Shown one piece after another: positions 17,287 to 25,846 of a stretch of 64,000 nucleotides of DNA (its first letter is position 1; every line of letters starts with the position of its first letter). This stretch comes from Candidatus Latescibacterota bacterium (GTDB lineage Bacteria; Latescibacterota; UBA2968; GCA-2709665). The DNA lies in the NCBI GenBank assembly GCA_965219455.1, contig OZ244744.1, positions 5,152,001-5,216,000 on the forward strand, in the 5' to 3' direction. Under the pieces are notes generated by a model. That model made no database searches. It was not told the DNA's origin and saw nothing but the letters and a program-made list of their open reading frames with translations. Both the position numbers and the translations under genes were made by a program.

Positions 17287-20064
17287 ATGCCCAGAGTAAA
17301 ACGAAAACGCACCACCAAGACCGTCGAGAGTCTCCGCCACCAGGACGCATCGCGGAAGAATATCCCCACCGCAGAGTATCAGGCGGTGATGGCGGAAGAC
17401 GACCGTAGCCCGATCGGAGTCGCGTACGAGCGGCGCAACCGGGATCTGGACCCACAGCTTGTCTGGCGGGGGAAGGATGAGCAGAACTGGTCGGATCTGG
17501 TGGTGCAAGCGCCGCCGTTGTTCATACAGGAGAAGGTCCAACCAAAGGTGCTCATCGACGACTTGCGCCAGCGGAGTAAGGAGTCGGATACGAAAAATGG
17601 CGATTCCGAATCCCAAGCCGACCTCTTCGCGGATTTCAATGGGTTGCCGAGCGCGGACGCTCAGACGGAGTTTTACAAACACGATGCCAACTGGTCGAAC
17701 CGAATGATCCTCGGAGACAGCTTGCAGGTGATGGCGTCGCTGGGCGATCGGGAAGCGCTGCGAGGCAAGGTGCAGTGCATATACATCGATCCGCCGTATG
17801 GGATCAAATTCAACTCCAACTTCCAGTGGTCAACGACCAGCCGCGACGTAAAGGACGGAAAAGCAGAACACATTACACGCGAGCCGGAACAGGTGAAGGC
17901 CTTTAGGGATACGTGGCGTGACGGGATTCACTCGTATCTTACTTACCTGCGGGATCGGCTGGCCGTCGCGCGGGATTTATTGACGGAAAGCGGGTCGGTC
18001 TTTGTACAGATTGGCGACGAGAATATGCATCGAGTGCGGGCGTTGATGGACGAGGTGTTCGGGGAGGAGAATTTCGTTAGTTTGATTTCCTATTCGACGA
18101 CGACCGGCAGAACCTCTTCCTTCGTACCAAACGTGACCGATTACGTTCTCTGGTTTGCAATGAACTCAGAAATCGCGAAATACAGAACTTTATTTGGGGT
18201 TCCAAAACCAAAGGAACATCTGATTGTCGAAAGCGATGATTCGTACCAGCTTAGAGATTTGACGTCACAGGGCGCTGCCAGCAAGCCACAGCCTTTCGTC
18301 TTTCAGAATGAGATCTTTCATCCTTCCGCAGCTCGCCACTGGAGCAATGACCATTTGAACGGTATGCCTAGATTGGTTAGAGCTGGACGGATCGTCAAAG
18401 TTAGCGACACGCAGATTCGAGCAAAGATATTTGACAAGGAACGAGTGGCGACGCCACTTACTAATCGATGGCTGGACACTCAATTTGGTGCCTTCGCAAG
18501 GGATAAGATCTATGTCGTGCAGACTGCTACGAAGGTTGTCCAACGCTGCATACTAATGACCACGGACCCCGGCGATCTCGTTCTAGACCCCACCTGCGGT
18601 TCCGGAACCACTGCATATGTTGCCGAACAATGGGGCCGACGCTGGATCACCATCGACACCTCTCGCGTCGCTCTTGCGCTCGCCCGCGCCCGCATCATGG
18701 GCGCGCGCTACCCCTACTACCTGCTTGCCGACAGCAGAGAAGGGCAGATAAAGGAAGCCGCGCTCGCCCGCAAGGCCCCGTTGGAAGCGCCCACGTACAG
18801 CGACATCCGTCAGGGCTTCGTGTACGAGCGCGTCCCCCACATCACCCTCAAGTCCATCGCCAACAACGCCGAAATCGACGTAATCTGGGAGAAATTCCAA
18901 GAAACGCTGGAGCCGCTAAGGGAACAGTTGTCAGTGGTCAGTGGCCAGTGGTCAGGAGGCGACGAAGGGACACATGACACTGGCCGGCCATTGGAAGAGT
19001 GGGAAGTGCCGCGTGAGAAGCCGGAAGACTGGCCACCGGCCACTCAACCACTGCTCACTGAATTCTGGGAACAGCGCATCGCGAGACAAAGGGAAATCGA
19101 CGCGTCGATCGCTGCAAAGGCGGATTACGAGTATCTTTACGACAAGCCTTACGAGGACAAGAAAAAGGTCCGCGTCGCGGGTCCTTTCACGGTAGAGAGT
19201 CTGTCGCCGCACCGACTTCTTGGTGTCGATGAAGATGACGCATTGATTGATAATGTCGCAGAAGGAAAGCTTGGCTATAGCCCAAAGCAGGACTTCGCGG
19301 GGAAAATCCTTGAGAATCTAAAGACCTCCGGAGTACAACAGGCGCACAAGGAGGACCGAATATCCTTTTCCGGAATGAGACCCTGGCCCGGCAATCTCGT
19401 TTGCGCTGAGGGTTCTTACGTCGAAGGCGACTCGAGGTACGGCACCGAAAAACGCGCGGGTATCTTTGTCGGACCGGAATTCGGAACGGTGTCCCGTCCC
19501 GATCTCGTTGAGGCTGCTCGGGAGGCAGCTGATGCTGACTTCGACGTGCTGATCGCCTGCGCCTTCAATTATGACGCACACGCCTCTGACTTCAACAGCG
19601 TAGGCCGCGTCCCGATCCTGAAGGCCCGCATGAATGCTGACCTCCACATGGCGGAAGACTTAAAGAACACGGGACAAGGAAACCTCTTTGTTATTTTCGG
19701 CGAACCCGATATAGATATCCTTGAAGCGGAAGACGGACAGATTCAGGTAAGAGTAAACGGTGTCGATGTATTTCACCCCAATACCGGCGAGGTGCGTAGC
19801 GACAATGCCGACGGGATAGCCTGCTGGTTTGTCGACACTGACTACAACGAGGAGAGCTTCTTCGTTCGCCAGGCCTACTTCCTCGGCGCAAACAACCCCT
19901 ATGAATCCCTCAAGACCACCCTCAAAGCCGAAATCAATCAGGAAGCCTGGGAAACGCTACATAGCGACACATCCCGGCCTTTTCCCAAGCCGTCATCCGG
20001 ACGGATTGCGGTAAAGGTAATCAATCACCTTGGAGATGAGGTGATGAAGGTGTTTCGGGTATAG
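17287..20064 (+). CDS. Type III-like Mod, adenine-specific DNA methyltransferase (beta class)
   Basis: Catalytic IYIDPPYG, variable TRD, SAM-binding VLDPTCGSGTT, long C-terminal domain ending KVINHLGDEVMKV. Confidence 0.92.
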   Translation: MPRVKRKRTTKTVESLRHQDASRKNIPTAEYQAVMAEDDRSPIGVAYERRNRDLDPQLVWRGKDEQNWSDLVVQAPPLFIQEKVQPKVLIDDLRQRSKESDTKNGDSESQADLFADFNGLPSADAQTEFYKHDANWSNRMILGDSLQVMASLGDREALRGKVQCIYIDPPYGIKFNSNFQWSTTSRDVKDGKAEHITREPEQVKAFRDTWRDGIHSYLTYLRDRLAVARDLLTESGSVFVQIGDENMHRVRALMDEVFGEENFVSLISYSTTTGRTSSFVPNVTDYVLWFAMNSEIAKYRTLFGVPKPKEHLIVESDDSYQLRDLTSQGAASKPQPFVFQNEIFHPSAARHWSNDHLNGMPRLVRAGRIVKVSDTQIRAKIFDKERVATPLTNRWLDTQFGAFARDKIYVVQTATKVVQRCILMTTDPGDLVLDPTCGSGTTAYVAEQWGRRWITIDTSRVALALARARIMGARYPYYLLADSREGQIKEAALARKAPLEAPTYSDIRQGFVYERVPHITLKSIANNAEIDVIWEKFQETLEPLREQLSVVSGQWSGGDEGTHDTGRPLEEWEVPREKPEDWPPATQPLLTEFWEQRIARQREIDASIAAKADYEYLYDKPYEDKKKVRVAGPFTVESLSPHRLLGVDEDDALIDNVAEGKLGYSPKQDFAGKILENLKTSGVQQAHKEDRISFSGMRPWPGNLVCAEGSYVEGDSRYGTEKRAGIFVGPEFGTVSRPDLVEAAREAADADFDVLIACAFNYDAHASDFNSVGRVPILKARMNADLHMAEDLKNTGQGNLFVIFGEPDIDILEAEDGQIQVRVNGVDVFHPNTGEVRSDNADGIACWFVDTDYNEESFFVRQAYFLGANNPYESLKTTLKAEINQEAWETLHSDTSRPFPKPSSGRIAVKVINHLGDEVMKVFRV
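18925..19061. repeat. Heptamer tandem repeats (CAGTGGY)n and inverted complementary arm inside mod
   Basis: CAGTTGT CAGTGGT CAGTGGC CAGTGGT CAG at 18925-18955; ACTGGCC ACCGGCC ACTCAACC ACTGCTC ACTG at 19028-19061. Confidence 0.7.
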
Positions 20065-20073
20065 ACTATTAAC

Positions 20074-20149
20074 TGACAGGAACCGGCGAACACATGCATC
20101 GGGATTTCCGAGCGACCTGGTGCACTAGCCGCAAAGGGTTCATTTGTCA
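20074..20149 (+). ncRNA. Candidate structured RNA immediately upstream of the RT
   Basis: Nested pairings TGACA/TGTCA, GAACC/GGTTC, GGC/GCC, TGCA/TGCA and inner TCGG/CCGA hairpin. Confidence 0.4.
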
Positions 20150-20167
20150 CAAAACATAGCGCGACGG

Positions 20168-23155
20168 ATGCCGACAAGGGATGAACTCTACCTAGCCTAC
20201 AGACAAGCGAAAGTGGCGCTGTTTTTTGAGCGCCGTGGCGTTGGGCTAGTTGAATTAGCGCGTTTCGAGCGAAATTTGGGAAGAAGGCTTGACGAGTTGG
20301 CGTCGCGATTGGCGGACAACGGCGGCTGGTTCGATGGGCTGCCTGAGGGGGAAGTCTGGGTCGTGCCGAAGAAACTTAGGTTGAATGTTGACGACAACAT
20401 TGGCTACATTGGTGGTAAGCCGTCGAATAATACGATTAGAGGATTGGACGTTCAGATTCGCTACACGCCGAGCCCGGAGTGTGCGATTGTAGAGGTACTG
20501 TTTTTGTGGCAATTTGGCCCGATTCTTGAATCACTTCTATCTAAAAGTGCTCTCGGCTACCGGCTAGAACTTCAAAGCGGACGCATTAGTAAAACCCGTA
20601 GATGGCTGTTCGAATACTGGCCAAAGCGGTATGAAGAGTTCCGAACTATACCGATTGACGTTGCCACGCAAGAGATATCGAAGGGTCATTCGGTTGTTCT
20701 TCTCTGTGCGGACCTTACGAGCTTCTACGATACCGTGGACCCATCATTTCTTCTCAACGATGACTTTGTTGGCGAACTCGAAGAGTCCGTGTCTTCATCA
20801 TTGGAGAATTCGAACCTCCGAATTTCACAGTATCGCTCTGCTGCAGCCTCGCTTCTTCGATTCTATCGCAGGTTTCAACATCGTGCCGCACGCCGGACAG
20901 GTCTTAGTTGGACTACAGGTATTCCGATTGGTGCGCTTACGAGTCGCCTAGTGGCGAACCTGGCATTATCCAATCTAGACCAGTCCATTGAAAAGCGGCC
21001 GAACACGCGATGTTACAAGCGATACGTCGATGACTTAGCGATTCTCGCCCGTGTAGAAGGGGATCAGTCTCGTGATGTGGATCAGGTCATTCTCGATCAT
21101 ATACCCCATCTACATACCGAGAATTCAACGTTTCGTATCGATGAGAGTGCGATTAAGAGACCGGGTTCTGAATTTCGAATTCAAAGGGCAAAGTGTAAGG
21201 CGTACTACCTTTCTGATGTTTCAGGTAGTGATTTCCTCGCAAGTGTACGCAGGGATTTTGGACGCTTGGTAAGTGGCAGCCGCGCGTTCTTGGATCCGAC
21301 GATTTTTCACGAAAACGGACAACAAAGTCTACTTCACGTTGGACCGCCAGGGCGTCCTCTGACAGTCTTACGTGAAGCGGACCGGACTCGCCTCGAACAT
21401 TTCGAGCTTGCTACAAGGCTACGTTCACTAGAGCGAGCTACCATTCTTGCTGAGAGAGATAGTGCGAGTGGATTGGTAAAGCGGGCCTTGGATGAGACCA
21501 TTCGCTTCTTAAGTAGCGAAGTCGATTGGGTAGAGAATTTAGACGTGGCTCTTCGTATGTTAAGGTTAGGGATTCGTGCACGCGACTGGGAACACACAGA
21601 TGATCTGTATAGCTACATGGACGATATTTGGATTGATGTGGAGAAACTCCGAGGTGCAGCAGGAAGACTCTTCCATCGAGACAGGGAAATTACGTTGTCC
21701 AACAGTTGGGTGTGGCTTCGAAATTATCTACATACAATGAGAATCGAGGCGATATGCAGCGTCTTGTCGCCACATTATCCTGATTCGCCGCCAAGGTGGC
21801 TTCGCAGTGGCGTCTTGAATCGGACTCGAACCATTCAGTGGAGTACGCTACTCGCGCGGGCGAGGTTACTTGCGGCTGCCGACCTTAGAGCGTTTGATCG
21901 GGAGGACGACGCCTTTGACGACGCCTCCAACAATGTACGCTTGCAGAACGATGGCTTTGGCAACTACGATGCGGAACTCAGACAGCGCTTTAGTCTTGTC
22001 AACGAATTCGTTGAGATATGTCGACGGCTTGACGATAGGCCATGGATTATGTCACCAGTTCGTTTGTTTTTGTCTACTCGTCCGCCTTCGTACTTTGATG
22101 TAGCACGTCGTGTATTGTACCGGACCGAAGCTGGTCTGCGTTCTGAAGTATTCACCGAATTACTGGAAATGGTCAATGCGATTCGTGGCACTCAGTACTC
22201 CGATCCAGTTGGCGAGGTAATCGATGATTACACGGTCCATATACCCGGAAGGCTCGAATTAGGCGATGATGATTTCGCCAACCCGCAACTCATTTTGGGT
22301 AATCTGGTATTGTCGGAAGAATTCTTCACGCGAGCGGCGACTCGAAAGTCCGCGTCGAACACTGGTGATCCAGTACTGACAGTGGAGCGACTCCGGGACT
22401 TAACTGAGATTCTAGCCAAGAGTTACGAATTAGCACAACGCCATCAACCCTCTCCAAGCCTGCTTGTTCTACCAGAATTATCGCTTCCCCGTGCTTGGTT
22501 CCGCGAAGTTGCTACCCATGTCTCCAAGTATGGTAGCTTTGGTCTAATCGTCGGACTCGAATATCTACATCGTCCAAGTGATCGTTTAGTATTCAACCAG
22601 GTATACGCGGTTATACCTGGTCCATTTAAATCGACGGCTACTTGGCCTTGGACAAAGGAATTTCCCGCGAGAGAGGAATTTACGAAACTCAATGAACTAA
22701 ACGTCTCGTTCGAAAAAAGGGATAATCGCGAGTCACGACCCCGTACGGTCGTCGAAAGCCAGTACGGCAGCATTTCAGTATTGATTTGCAGTGAATTGAT
22801 TGAGGCGTACCGAATCTCTGATCTTGCAGGGCGGGTCGAAGTCGTCGCTGTACCTGCGTGGAACAAAGACACGTCATCCTACGACCACCTGATACAAACG
22901 GCGGGTTTGCAACTTAATGCAATCATTGGTGTCGCCAATAACGGACACTATTCCGATTGCAGAGCTTGGGCACCAAAACGAACTCGCTGGGAGAGAGATT
23001 TGTGCCGTCTTGTTGAACGGGACACAAACGCAGTTATTGCGGTCACTTTGCCATTGGAATCGCTTCGTGAATGGCGTTATTCTGCCCACTCTGGGGGATT
23101 GTCGGACGAGTCGGAGTGGCGACCACTCCCCCCAGATTGGCGACTCTTGTATTAG
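20168..23155 (+). CDS. Reverse transcriptase fused to C-terminal nitrilase (C-N hydrolase) domain; UG1/UG5/UG6 class, DRT1-like
   Basis: RT motifs ADLTSFYDTV, GIPIG, YKRYVDDL (YVDD at 21023-21034). Nitrilase triad VLPELS / WTKEFPA / LICSEL, plus VPAWN and ANNGHYSD. ATG 20168 preferred over TTG 20144. Confidence 0.9.
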   Translation: MPTRDELYLAYRQAKVALFFERRGVGLVELARFERNLGRRLDELASRLADNGGWFDGLPEGEVWVVPKKLRLNVDDNIGYIGGKPSNNTIRGLDVQIRYTPSPECAIVEVLFLWQFGPILESLLSKSALGYRLELQSGRISKTRRWLFEYWPKRYEEFRTIPIDVATQEISKGHSVVLLCADLTSFYDTVDPSFLLNDDFVGELEESVSSSLENSNLRISQYRSAAASLLRFYRRFQHRAARRTGLSWTTGIPIGALTSRLVANLALSNLDQSIEKRPNTRCYKRYVDDLAILARVEGDQSRDVDQVILDHIPHLHTENSTFRIDESAIKRPGSEFRIQRAKCKAYYLSDVSGSDFLASVRRDFGRLVSGSRAFLDPTIFHENGQQSLLHVGPPGRPLTVLREADRTRLEHFELATRLRSLERATILAERDSASGLVKRALDETIRFLSSEVDWVENLDVALRMLRLGIRARDWEHTDDLYSYMDDIWIDVEKLRGAAGRLFHRDREITLSNSWVWLRNYLHTMRIEAICSVLSPHYPDSPPRWLRSGVLNRTRTIQWSTLLARARLLAAADLRAFDREDDAFDDASNNVRLQNDGFGNYDAELRQRFSLVNEFVEICRRLDDRPWIMSPVRLFLSTRPPSYFDVARRVLYRTEAGLRSEVFTELLEMVNAIRGTQYSDPVGEVIDDYTVHIPGRLELGDDDFANPQLILGNLVLSEEFFTRAATRKSASNTGDPVLTVERLRDLTEILAKSYELAQRHQPSPSLLVLPELSLPRAWFREVATHVSKYGSFGLIVGLEYLHRPSDRLVFNQVYAVIPGPFKSTATWPWTKEFPAREEFTKLNELNVSFEKRDNRESRPRTVVESQYGSISVLICSELIEAYRISDLAGRVEVVAVPAWNKDTSSYDHLIQTAGLQLNAIIGVANNGHYSDCRAWAPKRTRWERDLCRLVERDTNAVIAVTLPLESLREWRYSAHSGGLSDESEWRPLPPDWRLLY

Positions 23156-23525
23156 GCGTGAGTCAGTGACTGCACGATGGCGACCACCCAGATCTTCGTC
23201 TATCATTTGGCGGGTGTGTATCGCACGTGCGGCTCGACGTCAGTTATTGATTCTCGGTCGCGATAAATGTCGCCGACTGTGAAAACAACTGGATGGGCGG
23301 GCCCCTAATACCGAACCGCGGACTTCCATTGAGTATGTGTGACAGCGGCACCATCATGACTAGATGGTGTCGGCCGAATCGTGCGCGACGTGTATGCCGG
23401 CCCTCGACGAATACAGTAGCGCTTGATTCGCTATCGTGTTACTTGTCATTGTATCAAAGGCCAAGTGGATCCGAACGCCGAAGTTGAAAGCACATTAGCT
23501 GAAAAAGCAAGTGTCGAGACTTGAG

Positions 23526-25595
23526 ATGGAATTCCGAATAGCAGACACATTTACCGACAGCCTCGCAAGCCTGACGGGAAACGAACAAAAGGCCGTGAAG
23601 ACCACGGCCTTTGATTTGCAGATGAATCCGGCCCAGCCTGGATTGAAATTCCACAGGGTTGACAGAGCCAAAGACCCGAACTTCTGGTCCGTTCGCGTCA
23701 ATCGGGACGTTCGAATCATTGTGCATCGGACACCCAAGAGTCTGATGATGTGCTACGTGGATCACCACGACAACGCTTACAAGTGGGCCGAAAAGCGTAA
23801 ATTGGAAGTCCATCCAAGAACCGGAGCAGCGCAATTGGTCGAAGTAAAGGAGACGGTCAAGGAAGTTGTCGTACCGGTGTATGTGGAAGCGGCACAGAAA
23901 CCCCCGGTCAAGCCGCTCCTGTTCGCCGAGACCCCGGAAGAAGATCTCTTGCGGTATGGTGTCCCTCCGGAATGGCTTGATGACGTACGTAACGCGAATG
24001 AAGACAGTCTGTTAGACCTTTCTGAACATCTGCCCGACGAAGCGACCGAGGCGCTGTTACAGATCGCCGTTGGGGAAACGCCGAAGCCCGTTGCGCCGGT
24101 GGTAACCGGAGATCCTTTTGAACACCCAGACGCAAAGCGGCGCTTCCACGCGATTTCAAACGAGGATGAGCTCGAGGTTGCGCTCGACTTTCCGTGGGCG
24201 AAATGGGCGGTTTTTCTGCATCCGACGCAGCGGAAGATTGTGGAGCGTGACTACAACGGTCCCTTCAGGGTCTCCGGACCCGCTGGCACAGGCAAGACCG
24301 TTGTTGCGATTCACAGGGCTGTTAACCTGGCACGCAACAATCCGGACGCTCGGATTCTGCTCACGACTTTCTCGGACACGTTGGCGGATTTTCTCCGTTC
24401 GCGAGTGACGCGGCTGATTCGCAATGAACCGCGACTCATGGAGCGCCTGGAAGTCGCCGCGATTCATCAAGTCTGCGAGCGACTCTACAAGGCGCAGTTT
24501 GGTGTCGCAGAAATTGCGACAATGGAGGTCGTTCGAAAGTTCCTCGCTGCACAAACAAAAAAAAAGGAGTCGTATCGATTTTCTGTCCCGTTCCTGATGG
24601 ACGAGTGGGAGAACGTCGTTGACGCATGGCAGTTGGATAGCTGGGAGGCCTATCGCGATGTCAGACGACTCGGGCGAAAGCCGCGTCTGCCCATCGAGCA
24701 ACGATCGAGGCTGTGGGGTATATTTGAGGGTGTCAAGGGCGAGTTGAAGAAAAAGGGGATAATCACCCGGTCAGCCATGTGTGGCAAACTGGCAGATGGA
24801 CTCACCGAGCGTCGCCATCCACCGTATGATTTCATTGTCGTGGATGAGGCTCAGGAAATCGGCGTCACCCAACTTCGTCTTCTGGCAGCAATGGGTGGCC
24901 AAAGGCCGAATGGCCTCTTCTTCGCAGGCGACCTCGGGCAACGGATTTTTCAGGCGCCGTTTTCCTGGAAGGCAGCTGGGGTCGATATCCGTGGGAGATC
25001 CGAGACACTAACGTTGAATTATAGAACGTCCCATCAGATCAGGATGCAGGCGGATCGACTCCTGGGATCGGAAGTCGCCGACGTGGACGGTAACGTCGAC
25101 GATCGCCGGGGGACGGTCTCGGCGTTTAATGGCGAACCACCTGAAATAACCTTGTTCGATAATGTGCAGCAGGAGGGTCAGGCCGTCGGAGATTGGCTGA
25201 AAGCGTTGGAGGACAAGGGGATCGATGCCGGTGAGATGGGCGTATTTGTTCGATCAGCCGCGGAACTGGACCGAGCGCGTGAGGCCGTACGGGAATCGGG
25301 ATATTCGTTCCAGATTCTGGATGAATGCAGTGAGTTGGCCGCCGGTCAGGTGTCGGTTGCGACGATGCATCTTGCCAAGGGGCTGGAGTTTCGAGCCGTT
25401 GCCGTCATGGCGTGTGACGATGAAGTGATACCACGACAGGAGCGCATTGAAACCGTCGCGGATGACGCGGACCTTGAGGAAGTCTACAACACGGAGAGAC
25501 ACCTGCTGTATGTTGCGTGCACACGCGCCCGTGACTACCTGATGGTTTCCGGCGTCAAGCCCGCTTCCGAATTCCTCGATGACCTGGGAGAATAA
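23526..25595 (+). CDS. UvrD/SF1 helicase with N-terminal RelE/ParE-like domain
   Basis: SGPAGTGKT, VDEAQE, AGDLGQRIF, LNYRT, TMHLAKGLEF, LLYVACTRA; N-terminal WSVRVNRDVRII...VDHHD. Confidence 0.88.
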   Translation: MEFRIADTFTDSLASLTGNEQKAVKTTAFDLQMNPAQPGLKFHRVDRAKDPNFWSVRVNRDVRIIVHRTPKSLMMCYVDHHDNAYKWAEKRKLEVHPRTGAAQLVEVKETVKEVVVPVYVEAAQKPPVKPLLFAETPEEDLLRYGVPPEWLDDVRNANEDSLLDLSEHLPDEATEALLQIAVGETPKPVAPVVTGDPFEHPDAKRRFHAISNEDELEVALDFPWAKWAVFLHPTQRKIVERDYNGPFRVSGPAGTGKTVVAIHRAVNLARNNPDARILLTTFSDTLADFLRSRVTRLIRNEPRLMERLEVAAIHQVCERLYKAQFGVAEIATMEVVRKFLAAQTKKKESYRFSVPFLMDEWENVVDAWQLDSWEAYRDVRRLGRKPRLPIEQRSRLWGIFEGVKGELKKKGIITRSAMCGKLADGLTERRHPPYDFIVVDEAQEIGVTQLRLLAAMGGQRPNGLFFAGDLGQRIFQAPFSWKAAGVDIRGRSETLTLNYRTSHQIRMQADRLLGSEVADVDGNVDDRRGTVSAFNGEPPEITLFDNVQQEGQAVGDWLKALEDKGIDAGEMGVFVRSAAELDRAREAVRESGYSFQILDECSELAAGQVSVATMHLAKGLEFRAVAVMACDDEVIPRQERIETVADDADLEEVYNTERHLLYVACTRARDYLMVSGVKPASEFLDDLGE

Positions 25596-25707
25596 CCTCG
25601 GCAAAGGGTAAATTGTCTCGTTAAATTAGGCACAGAGGGGTAGAAGGTCTCGAACGTGAGGTGGAGATGGCAGAAAAAAGATCTGGTCTTCCGTATGTAT
25701 GGGTGAC
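25374..25707 (+). repeat. Direct repeat C, copy 1 (helicase 3' end + spacer + first codons of nuclease gene)
   Basis: Near-identical to 27690-28022; the nuclease start here breaks off after ...LPYVWVT. Confidence 0.9.
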
Positions 25708-25846
25708 CCCTACGTGCCAATATAGAGTGAGACAACTCTCCATCCGAGTTTATCGCATATTGGAAGGTGGAGATGCGAACGTGAAATGAGGTTTCGAAGG
25801 ATCAACTAGCTGATTAGGCGAGACGAATCCTGGAGGTGGAAAGTTA

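Noticed and set aside
8371-20078. TGTCAGTT (8371) / AACTGACA (20071) as transposon inverted ends
   Set aside because: Only 8 bp, no extension, no target duplication checked out, no transposase; likely chance.
20168-23155. Group II intron, retron or DGR interpretation of the RT
   Set aside because: No maturase/intron domain V, no VTG retron motif recognised, no TR/VR repeat pair or avd; the nitrilase fusion points to the UG class.
24557-24565. A9 tract in helicase as phase-variation switch
   Set aside because: Short, in frame, encodes a Lys run; no evidence of slippage from one sequence.
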